Source: Camelus ferus | Taxonomy: Eukaryota | Length of the DNA: 64,000 bases | NCBI RefSeq assembly: GCF_009834535.1 | Contig: NC_045697.1 | Location: 45,200,001-45,264,000, forward strand | Direction: 5' to 3' | Shown: positions 1 through 10,586 of the stretch, in pieces | Numbering within the stretch: position 1 is the first letter of the stretch | How the letters are laid out: each line of letters opens with the position of its first letter | Notes under the pieces: model-generated | Databases searched by the model: none | Seen by the model: only the letters and a program-made list of their open reading frames with translations | Told to the model about the DNA's origin: nothing | Made by a program: the position numbers and the translations under genes

Positions 1-252
1 ATTTCAGGGTCACATTTCCATACATGGGAAGGATAAGTCACCTTAACATTTGGAGAGCATGTTATTTGAGAAGTAAATACCTGGTTACAGTAAGTGGGCT
101 GATGAAAGCTATTCTCTGCTTAGATTCTATTCATCTTTTAATTTTAATTTTATCTTCAACAAATAAAAGAAAATGAGGGTAAAAAAATGCAGGATGTCTC
201 ACTCACTTTCCCTCAGGAGCTTCAGCCTCTTATGATTTAAAAGAAAAACAGT

Positions 253-430
253 GGGAGAGGGTATAGCTCAAGTGGCAGAGCACATGCTTAGTTAGCATGC
301 TCACAGTCCTGGGTTCATCGCCAGTACTGCCTCTAAAACTAAATAAATGAACAAACAAACCTAATTACCCCCCCCCCGAAAAAAAACCCTAAAAGATAGA
401 TAAATTAATTAAAATAAAATACAAAAAAAA
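253..430 (+). mobile_element. tRNA-derived SINE, camelid Vic-1-like
   Basis: GGGTATAGCTCAAGTGGCAGAG (A box) … GTCCTGGGTTCA (B box) …, followed by an A-rich tail with a C run. Confidence 0.85.
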
Positions 431-1905
431 AGAAAACTAGGTGGCACAACTGGAAATCCACTTGGCAAAAATAATAATGATAATAATTTTTTAAAAAAGA
501 AAAAAAAGCCCTAAATTTAAGAAACCCCACTTTTTAAACATAGTAAATTGCTTCTCAAGAAAATCCAAGCTATCAGTTATGATCATGTTGGAGAGCTACT
601 GTAAATACATTAATTTTTCTTTTAAATAAAGAAACAAGGTCGGAAATGGGACGCAGCAGAGGTAACTACCTCGACTTAGCTTGAGGGAGTTTACCAGCTT
701 TTAAATTGTACTTGCCTGCATCCCAGTCCTCCTGTGACTAGATTGAGAAAAGTCTAATCAGGAGTTTTTTAAGCTTTGGAAAATGAGGGTATGCATGGGA
801 GGGCCCCAGCACCCTGAAGTGTGGCGATCCGTCGGAGGCGGTCCGCACCCTGCCCTCCACTCTCCGGGTGGGCTGCCGGCCTCTCCCTGCAGGACCCCGG
901 TGAGTGAGTGAGGTGGGCTCTGCCTTAGCAGGGAGGCTCCAGAACATCTCTCTTCGTCAGGAGCCGTCAGGAGCCGCAGCACTGGCCAAAGTAATTCTGA
1001 AATCCAGCCCTCCCCCAAAAGATCTCACTGGATGTTGTACTTGTGGGACTCTGACAGCTTTTTCCACAAAAAAAAGTACTTATCCTTTCCATCATTTAAT
1101 AGATTCTGTCTGCTTTCATTTTGTTGTTGTTCTGTGTGAGCATTTGGATTGTATTCTCTAGTTCATAAAACAAATGATATGACCACCAGTTTAAAAGAAA
1201 AATATACCATTTCTTTTTCACAGTTGGTCTCAAAGGCTATGAATGAGAATGTTTTGGAATAAGCTCTATCTTTCATTCAAGAGAATTGGGATTCTTTTTT
1301 TCTTTTTTGAAGTGAGGATAAACTCTATTCCTAAGTAATTTCCTGTTTTAAAATCTTCCTGGCAACATGACTGGAGAAATAGAATCTTTAATAGTCTTTG
1401 AATTATGTTTCTGTAGCCAAAATGGCACCTCTCTGGGTACCATATCATAGAACAAATCACACCTGTCTTTCACATAGGGGCCATTAAATAACCTTTACAT
1501 AGCTGTTTTTGATATGAGTACTCATGGTTTTAAATCCTTTTTATCATTTGATTTGTGATCGTGGGAACTTGTCCCTGCTCATCAACATTCATTTCTAGGT
1601 GTGGAACTGAGAGTGCCTTTAAGGTAGAGTTGCCAAGTTTCTGAATTAAGAATATTGTGAAAGAGAAACATTGCTCCTTGACAAGTTCTGTCACTAAAGA
1701 CTACATTGAAAGACCTCTTAGAAACCAAACTTTTGCTCCTGTTAGTAGCCTAAACATTCACCTTACCTCATGGGAATCCAAAGTCCTTACAGTCTCCTGA
1801 TTTTTACTATGGCAGATGTGTGTAGGGGCTTCAGAGTAAATGGGAAGTTGAAGCCCATGAGACTTTTGTCTGGCATGTGGGCATAAGGAAGCGATCAGGA
1901 TCATC

Positions 1906-2001
1906 TTTTCTTTTTTTAATTTAATGCTGGTACTGGGGAGTGAATCCAGGACCTCGTGCATGTTAAGCACACCCTCTACCACTGAGCTATGCCCTCCCTC
2001 C
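1906..2001 (-). mobile_element. tRNA-derived SINE, Vic-1-like
   Basis: Reverse complement reads GGAGGGCATAGCTCAGTGGTAGAG…GAGGTCCTGGATTCACTCCCCAGTACC plus an A tail. Confidence 0.85.
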
Positions 2002-2079
2002 AGATCAGGATTATCTTAAGGGAGATTATTTCTATTTCTGTTCTTGGAAGAGTGATTCAGACAATTAATAGTGAATCAG

Positions 2080-2260
2080 TCCAGGAGTTCCATTTCTGGG
2101 TATTTATCTGAGGAAAACAAGAACACTACATAATTAGAAAATATACATGCCCCCCCATGTTCACTGCAGAACATTATTTGTAAATAAAAATTATTTACAA
2201 AGCCAATATATAGAAACAACATGAGTGTCTATTGATGGACGAATGTATGAAGAAATTGTG

Positions 2261-2298
<38 letters not shown>

Positions 2299-2550
2299 AC
2301 ACACACATAATGGAATATTTTTCAACCAGAACAAGAACAATATCTTACCATTTGTGACAACATGGGTAGATCTCAAAGTCACTATGCTAAGTGAAATAAA
2401 TCAGACAGAGAAAGACAAATACTGTATGATCTCTCTTACATGTGGAATCTAAATGTGTGTATATGTATATATATATATTTTTTTTTAAAGCAAGTTTATA
2501 GATACAGAGAACAGGCAGGGGGTGGAGGATGGGGAAAATGGGTGACCTGT
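2080..2550 (+). mobile_element. L1 3' fragment (ORF2 end and 3' UTR) with internal (TG)n(TA)n
   Basis: ORF 2225-2452 contains ILPFVTTWVDLKVTMLSEINQTEKDKY, a degenerate L1 ORF2p C-terminus. Confidence 0.85.
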
Positions 2551-3017
2551 TTTGTTTTGTGTTTTAGTTTAAGTAAATTTTATTTTAAAAATAGTAGATT
2601 GTATTGCAGGCACCAGGAATGCAAAAAATCACATAAGATGTAGCCTCTGCCGCCCAGGTGGAGGTATAGGACATGAACTTAGGAAGGGTTTGAGTATCAA
2701 TGAGAGACAGTGAGGAACAGCACCCACCATGTGAATCTCACAGCCCAGCACGGCAGAACAGAGCACAGAAATGACATTCTTACTTAAAAACCCTTACACC
2801 GTGCAGAGACTGCATCTTGATTATAATTCAGCCCTCGTTTTCCTTATGACGATGCATCAGTAATATTTGTCCCCTTGTATGGGGCCCACTGGTTTCTGGG
2901 GAATGCTTATTTGAGGTCAAAACTGTATTATTTGATGTAATCTTCACCACAGCTCAATGAGGTAGTTATTACTATTCCCATTTTTAAGTGAGGCTTTCTT
3001 AGTAGGTTAGCCTTCTA

Positions 3018-3360
3018 CCAGGAGTTGGCACACTTTTTCTTTTAACGGCCAGGTCATCAATGTTGCAGGCTTTGTAAACCATACGGTTTCCGTTGCAACT
3101 ACTCGCTTCTGATGTAGCGGTACAAAGACAGGCATGGCTGGTGTGTAGCGGAGTGAATGAGTGCAGCTTTTTTCCAGTAAAGCTGTCTGGACACTGGAAT
3201 TTTAACTTCATATGATTTTATGCTCATGAAATATTACTGTTTTGGTATTTTAATATTTTCCCAGCTATTTAAAGATGTAAGATGTATGGTTTCTAGGCCA
3301 TTCTAAAACAGGCGTCGAGGTGAGCTGGCCCTCAGGCCACAGTTGGTTGGCAGGCTCCTG
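3018..3360 (+). mobile_element. MER58B-like hAT-Charlie DNA transposon fossil, apparently inside a MIR
   Basis: Begins CAGGAGTTGGCACACTTTTTCT and follows the MER58B consensus as I recall it. MIR-like sequence lies on both sides. Confidence 0.75.
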
Positions 3361-4830
3361 GCTTATCCTGCCGGTCAGTTGTGGAGCCAAACTGAGGTCC
3401 AGCAGAGCCAAAGCCCAGCGCCTCCCAGTCACAAGTGGTCTTTCAAAGAAGCGAGGTTCAGGTGTGCTTTTATCATGGTTACTATGACTGTCTGATTCTA
3501 AAATTACAGAGAAATAGCCAGTAATATTTGAAAGAGAAGGTAATGAGGGGCCTTTACTAATTCAGTTCAGAAACATCCATATGATAGCAGCTGATTGCAA
3601 GTATATTCAAAGGGGCTGTCAAAATTGAAGATTCACTTTGGCTATTTTCAGGGATCTGTGAAACAAAAAATAATCAAAGCCTATCTTTTTTTTTAAGTGA
3701 CTTTAGAGGAAAATCTGAATTTCCTTCTAGAAGTGAAAATTGGCACTTAATGTTTTTGTGTATGTGCCCAAATGTACGTTTTCCAGACCTCCCTTCACTT
3801 AGCATAGATGTACCACTAGAGTCATGAGCTTAGGGAAACTTCAAAGACCTGCCCTTGGTAAACGACATAGCCCATAATTCGTGTTTGGAGCATTATTTGC
3901 ATTGTGGCAAATTTAGAATCTTCAAGAGCACGTTGGCATTTGAGAGAAAGTGGTGGCTCCAAACTCTTTGTTCTTTCTGGGCTTAGTAGGATTTAGGGTG
4001 CTTTCTGAGGGGTTATTTTAGGTTAATTAATTAAATGCCAGCATATCCAACCAAAGATGTGAGGCAGGAAAATCTTACTAAAGAAGGCTCATTGTCTTTT
4101 AAATGACCATTAATTTTAATTTACACATTTACATTCCTCCTTCATGTGGGCCCATCTCACAGCATATTGTGTAAGCAACTGCTTCCGTGGTTTCCCACAA
4201 GAGCAGGTGCTTACTTGTTCTGTTGCACGAAGCCCAGATTTACTCAATAGGAAGTTTGTAGCAACTGTTACCAAAAAGCCTGAGCTCTCACATTATCTTG
4301 AGCAGATGAAATAAAATGTTCATCTAAAAAAAGTTCATCAAAATGTAGGTGTCCAAGTGATAAAAAACAGTGCAGATTCTGGAGATGTGGGTCCCGCATC
4401 TTAAAATCTTGGCACCTGCAGTGACAGGTATTCTGTTAATATTTTGCTCTGAGGATTTGCTAAATATGAAAAGCAAGAGTTCTTTTAGTTTTTTGTCCTT
4501 TGATGGTGGCTAGACCTTTCGGATGTTATTGTATGCTATTGCACTGAGAAAAATTGGGAAAACCAGCAACACAATGAAGCCATCCTCCTCCCAGTGCCAC
4601 CTGCCTTTGCTGTGTTTTGGTTATTGACAGCATTTGCATGTGAAGCACAATTATGTAGGGAAGAAAACTGTTGTCATGGGAGGTAGACAAAGCCCTGTCC
4701 GTATTTTAGTTAATTGTAGCCTATTTATATGATCCAGAGTTAACGTTGTTCATTGACTTCTTGTATTTTTTGATGAGAGACTAAATGTTTATTGGCCCAA
4801 AACAAACCAGTATCTTCTGTTTTTTTCTAG

Positions 4831-4926
4831 ATTGTGATACCATTCTTCAGTCTTTTAATCAAAGATATTTATTTCCTCAATGAGGGCTGTGCCAACCGCC
4901 TTCCAAATGGCCATGTCAATTTTGAG
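4831..4926 (+). CDS. RASGEF1B: RASGEF1B internal coding exon (96 nt; probably exon 11 by human numbering), RasGEF/CDC25 domain
   Basis: Acceptor ttttttctag|ATT and donor GAG|gtaagg. Translates IVIPFFSLLIKDIYFLNEGCANRLPNGHVNFE, which I recognise as RASGEF1B. Phase 0/0. Confidence 0.96.
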
Positions 4927-5285
4927 GTAAGGCTAGGCTGCAAAAATCCACTAGTGTCTCCGCCAGCTGTAGCCCAGGCCAGGGCACCTAAGCTGATTCT
5001 GAAGCTCTGGAACCAAGTTTTCTCTTCCCCTCCTGTTTTGTAAGAAAATAACAATCATGAATAGAATAAATTAGCTACACCATTATTCTTCATTATCATC
5101 TGAAGGTACTTGAGTAAATTTTTACCAATACCCAGCAAACATCTATACCTAGTGTTTATTAAATTAAGAAAGTTATGCAGTTCAGAAGATCAGAAGCCAA
5201 AGGGGAAGATGAAATGGAATTATCTCATCCAAGCTCATGATTTTTGATCATTGTCTTTACGTTCTTTTCTTTTATTCTCTTCTAG

Positions 5286-5409
5286 AAATTTTGGGAACTG
5301 GCCAAACAAGTGAGTGAATTCATGACGTGGAAACAAGTGGAGTGTCCGTTTGAGAGGGACCGGAAGATCTTGCAGTATCTGCTCACAGTCCCAGTCTTCA
5401 GTGAAGATG
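5286..5409 (+). CDS. RASGEF1B: RASGEF1B internal coding exon (124 nt)
   Basis: Acceptor ctcttctag|AAA and donor ATG|gtgggt. Translates KFWELAKQVSEFMTWKQVECPFERDRKILQYLLTVPVFSED plus 1 nt, in frame with the previous exon. Confidence 0.96.
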
Positions 5410-6582
5410 GTGGGTAGCCTATTTAGCTGGAGCCACCACCACCACGAACTTTACCATCAGGAAACTGGTGTAGAAATGCTTGGTGCCTGATTGCTCATGT
5501 AGTGTGAGGCCTGTCTCTAGGGTTATTCCATCTTCAGAGTTTTCTGTTGCACAGAAAAATCGTATGATTTATCCCTAAAGTATCTGAGTCAGGCACTCAC
5601 TGACTCTTGACCCAGAAACAGTATGTTTCCATGTTTAAACATTCTTTATAATATTTGCTCTGCAGAGCTTTGGACACGAATGGAAAGCTATGGAAGGATT
5701 TTTTTCCCCTTGTTGGGGCTTGCTTTAATGGAGAAAAAAGGTGTTTTGTGGTATGTTGATAGTCAAGGTAAACTGAAAAGCAACATAATTAGTTGCTACC
5801 CCTGCTGTTTGAAAAAGTAGTGGAAAAGTCTTAACATATTAAAACATTAGGAAATTTGAGTTGGAAACAGTATTGTGTATAGAAAAAATTGACCAGAAAT
5901 TTAAAGTTTGTAAAAAAGTGGGAATTTATTCTGTTGACCTGTTTCATCCTAATAGTATAGAAATCAACAGCATTGTTAACAGATTTTCTCATAGTCTGTT
6001 GATGGTGTTTGTGAAAATGACTAAAGAACATTTTGAATTAATATTGCCCATTCCAGAGGGGACTTGATTGTTATTGACCTCTGCAAACAGGATTAATAAC
6101 AAGCTTTTAAATCCTTGAACTCTTTTTGACTTAAACAGAAAACCATTAGAAGGATGAAACACTGGCCTAGAAAATCTGGCTTTTTACTGGCCAAAAAGTC
6201 TTTTAAAAATTGATCTACCAGGAAAGCCTCTCCTTTCCATCCCCCTTCTTTGTAAAGAATGTAAGCGTGAGTGTATGATAGTGTCGTGTGGCTGGCATTT
6301 TTAAGCCTTTTTTGCCTCATATATTGTCTTCGTTAACCAAGTGTCTTAGTTAACCTTTTTGGCTTAGCAGCCCTTGGGTTTTTGTTCAGATGGTCAGCCA
6401 GGGGCAAAGTGGCCTTCTGTGCTCTCAGTGAAACTAGGAAGCTTGCCAGTGGTGATTTGACATTTTAAAGAGTGTGTTTTGCTGTAGGGTTTGGCTCCAG
6501 TGGAACAGGGGAGGGATGGTACTGGGTAATGCCTCAGAGAAGGCTTCGGTGTTAATGCATTCTTACTTTTCATTGATTGCAG

Positions 6583-6655
6583 CTCTCTACTTGGCTTCCT
6601 ATGAGAGTGAAGGACCTGAAAATCACATAGAGAAAGACAGATGGAAGTCCTTGAG
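6583..6655 (+). CDS. RASGEF1B: RASGEF1B penultimate coding exon (73 nt)
   Basis: Acceptor gattgcag|CT and donor GAG|gtgggt. G+CT completes Ala, then LYLASYESEGPENHIEKDRWKSL plus AG. Phases match both neighbours. Confidence 0.96.
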
Positions 6656-7150
6656 GTGGGTCTCCTTGCTTCTCGGTGCTGTGCGCATCTAAAGCTGATG
6701 GCGGGCTGCAGTGAAGAAGCCGTGTGCTTGCTGGAGGAAGGCCCTGCCTGCGTGTTCCAAGTCCTCTCTGCACCTCATCTGGTCACTGAATCTATGTGGC
6801 TTGGAATCCTCATTGCCATCATTCAGTTTTACTGCCTTCTTTTTTTAATATATACTGGCAGATACACAGTGACTGTTCCTCTGTCTCTTCCATTATTTTA
6901 TGGAAAGAGGAACTGAAATGACCCCATGGTATGTTAAACAGGGCAGCAGCTCGTTTTCTTTGTATAAAAGATAAGACATTCAGACTGTGTTCCTGAACAG
7001 TTCTACCACTAAAATTTTATTGGACCTGAGATAAAAGAGACCTAAGTCCCAACTGGTTCAGTAAATTCTAGTGTTTTACTTATTAGCTGGATATCAGTGT
7101 CTGCTCTTTGGTTTGAGAGAGAGAGAGGAAAAAAAAAACTTTATTAAAAC

Positions 7151-7260
7151 TTTTTTTTTCAAACATGTAATTAATTATTTTTAATGGAGGTACTGGGGAT
7201 TGAATCCAGGACCTCGTGCTTGCTAAGCATGCGCTCTACCACTGAGCTGTGCCCTTCCCC
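7151..7260 (-). mobile_element. tRNA-derived SINE, Vic-1-like
   Basis: Reverse complement reads GGGGAAGGGCACAGCTCAGTGGTAGAGCGCATGCTTAGCAAGCACGAGGTCCTGGATTCAATCCCCAGTACCTCC plus an A tail. Confidence 0.88.
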
Positions 7261-8534
7261 GTCCTGAGAGAAAAACTTTCAATGCAATCCAGAATCTTTT
7301 CAAATTTAAAAATTGTATTAATCTATTAGTATTTTCAAACAAATGTACTTTCAAACAAAACTAGGATAGGCAAGTTTGCATTTTTACCATTGGAGATGCT
7401 TTAATAGGCAAAAGCAGCCCGGGCTGTAGTATTATTATTAAACTAGAGTGCTGTTACCTGTGCTGCTACTCAGAGACTCTGGGAACATGTGCTTTTTTGT
7501 ACCAGGTTGAGAAGCCCATTTTCTCTTCTTCCCAAAGTCATTTGAGAGCCTTCATTATACTTGATCCTGGGCTAGGCTTCCTGAACCAGGGTACCTAAGA
7601 TACATTTGGATTTATGAGATTTTGTTTTAAAGGAAAATTTAGGCCTTCTTTGTACCTTTCATTGAGGACCGATGAGATGCAGAGGCGTTATTACCTTAGA
7701 ATAAGCTGCAGTGATAGGTAAAGGATTGGAGATGTTTCTTGTTTCCCAGACGCAAACATAAAGCTTTAAGTTACGGCCATCGCCGGGAATTGGGGGAATA
7801 TAACAAGTGTGCTGGGCCGATGCCCAGTTCTCCTTTGATGAAATTTTGTACCTGCTAGTGGCACGTTTGTATTAACATTTTGTACTACTTTGTGTTGGTA
7901 TTAAGGGATCTTTACTGCACCATTTAATAGTATTCTTGTGTAAACCATGAGCCTCAGAGTACACATGTTGCTGGAAAAGAGATTTGGGAATTACTCCTTG
8001 GGGTTATCCTTTTTGGATGAACTTTGCCTTCCACATTTCTCCTCTTATTCATCCCCCCTTCCCATTTTTTAAAAACATTAAGTTGATACGGCCCCCAAGT
8101 ACAGCTTAGCTATTGTTACTTTTCTTAGAGATTTTTTTTTTAATTGGTAAACAGAGAAATTGGGATACATAAATGATTCCTGGTATCTGCATTGCCTGTG
8201 AAATCCAGACATATTATAACAATTCAGAGCTCCCACACATTTCTGTTCTAATTGTTTTTCTTTTCTGATTCTTATTCTTTTGTGCCAAATTCCTATTGAT
8301 TCGTGGTTATTTGGAAGGGTTTGTAAATCCAAGGGTTAATCGTAATGCTAAAGGTTAATTTATAGAGTCTTTTCCCATATCTGTATGTACTGCACACACA
8401 ATATACATTTAATATTTAACATTTGATAGGTTGAAATGTGACCAAAGAGTTCAGTGGGGAATTTAGACACATGAAGGGAAAGAGAGGGGTTGCTGTACTG
8501 GCCTAATCAGACTCCACTCATAAGTGCTTAATAG

Positions 8535-8811
8535 TATAGTTACCAGGGAAAGGGGGTGGGAGGGGATAAATTTGGGAGTTTGAGATTTACAAGTTTTAGC
8601 CACTATATATAAAAATAGATTTAAAGAAGTTTCTTCTGTATAGCACAGGGAGCTAGGCTCAATATCTTATAATAACCTTCAATGAAAATGAATATATATA
8701 TATGTATATGTATGATTGGGACATTGTGCTGTACACCAGAAATTGACACATTGTAACTGTACTTCAATTTAAAAAATTAATTAAAAAAAAATTCAAGCAA
8801 AACAAACAAAA
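8535..8811 (+). mobile_element. 5'-truncated L1 3' end with TSD
   Basis: L1 3' UTR motifs (…CTGTATAGCACAGGG…GCTGTACACCAGAAATTGACACATTGTAA…) and an A tail. TSD ATAAGTGCTTAATAG (8520-8534) / ATAACTGCTTAATAG (8812-8826). Confidence 0.88.
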
Positions 8812-9331
8812 ATAACTGCTTAATAGCAATGCTCCTGGTAAAAATTCACTGAGGGATTAGCAGCAGCACACACAGAATGAATGATATATAAGGAAATGTG
8901 CATATAAACACAGCAATGATGTATTCTTGGCATGAAAATCTAGTTTCCAAGTCAAAATTGTTTTTTAAGGGGCCTTGGAAGACAAACTCTCCTTTGAGTC
9001 TGGGTTTAAGCAGTGTACTCTGCTTTTCTGTATCTTGTCTAATCTCAAGGCCCTACTCCAGTGCCTCCCTCTCCCTGACCCATCTCTCCCCAGAAAGAGA
9101 CCCACATGAACTCATACACCCTGAAGCATCTTCCTCTGCTGTTATAGGCCCAGTTGTTCTGTAGCGTGTGCTGCTTTTCCCTACTGCTGTGCAAGCCTTT
9201 GAGGGCAAGCACAGGGTCTTCCCTCCTGTCTGCCGTAGCTCAGTGTCACAGGCTGTTGAGGAATGGCATTGGGTGACTGTAGGTGTTGGATGAGGCAGAG
9301 CAGCACCAAAGAAGATAAAAAAAGAAATAGG

Positions 9332-9905
9332 GTTACATGCTCCCCAATGTTCATAGGCGCTATTTACAATAGCCAAGACATGGAAACAACCAAAATGCCC
9401 ATCGACAGATGAGTAGATAAAGATACAGTATATTTATACAAAGGAATACTACTCTGTCATTAAAAAAGAATAAAATAATGCCATTTGCAGCAACATGAAT
9501 GGACCTAGAGATTATCATACTAAATGAAGTCAGACAGAGAAAGACAATATCCTATGATATCACTTATATGTGGCATCTTTTAAAATGACACAGATGAACT
9601 TATTTACAAAACAGAAATAGACTCACAGACAGAAAGCAAACTTATGGTAACCAAAGGGGACAGTGATGGAGGATAAATTAGGAGTTTGAGTTTAGCAGAT
9701 ATGAACTACTATATACAGAACAGATAAACATCAAGGCCCTACTGTGTAGCACAGGGAATGATATTAGCTTATAATAACCTATAATTTAAAAATGTGAAAA
9801 AGAATATATATATATCACTGAATCACTATGATGGACACCAGAAACTAACACAACATTGTAAATCTTCAATTAAAAAAAAATCATATGACCATAAAAAAGA
9901 AAGAA
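9332..9905 (+). mobile_element. L1 3' fragment (ORF2 end, 3' UTR and A tail)
   Basis: CCAATGTTCATAG…ACAATAGCCAAGACATGGAAACAACC… through CTTCAATTAAAAAAAA. Confidence 0.88.
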
Positions 9906-10561
9906 AGAAACAGGCTATGAACCTTGGCAAAACCACGTATGCTAAGTAGATGGTGAGGCTTCTTATTCTAGAATGATAGGACCCACGTGAAACTGTGTGC
10001 TACGTTGGCTTTGCTGGGAGTACAATATTTTTACATAGATACTTCTCCTGCCGGTCCCAGAGCCACTCACTCAAGACACTTAGGTTCAGCAGTGACGATG
10101 ACAGATACACCTCTGAGGGGAGACCCCTTTCTTGGCACTTGTTATTTAAATGCTCTCCGCAGGCACAGCCCTTGAACCCACTCAGATTTACTAAGTAACC
10201 CGTCAGTGATGAGACCAGTGTGTATCTAAAAGCTTTTTTTTTTTTATTAGGAATGACCTGGGTTTTGTGTGTGTGTGTGTGTGCTTATTAATATCAAGCC
10301 ACTCAAGATAGAGATTTACCTATAAATAAAGTTTTTGCCATCTCCACCAACATGTATTTATTTTAGTGATTAAGCAGTTCTCCAGGAAAACCTGAAGGAC
10401 TTCAATGCTTCATCTTTTTTTTTTTTTTTTTTGGTCCTCTTTTTAACTCTGTCACATCAAACTTAAAACATGGGAAAATGAAACAAGCATTAGGCAAGGA
10501 TATTCATCCTCCTTCATATCATCTGCCACCTTTGTGCTTATCTTGTCTTCTTATTACTCAG

Positions 10562-10586
10562 GTCCAGCCTCCTAGGCAGAGTTTAA
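10562..10586 (+). CDS. RASGEF1B: RASGEF1B last exon, coding part (25 nt including TAA)
   Basis: Polypyrimidine tract and ttactcag|G. AG+G gives Arg, then SSLLGRV-TAA, matching the C-terminus I recall for RASGEF1B. Confidence 0.93.

Noticed and set aside
253..335. tRNA-like sequences here and at five other sites
   Set aside because: A-rich tails, TSDs and divergence show that they are SINEs, not tRNA genes.
10562..10567. Alternative in-frame acceptor AG 6 nt into the last exon
   Set aside because: The first AG reproduces the known C-terminus, and nothing in the sequence supports use of the second.
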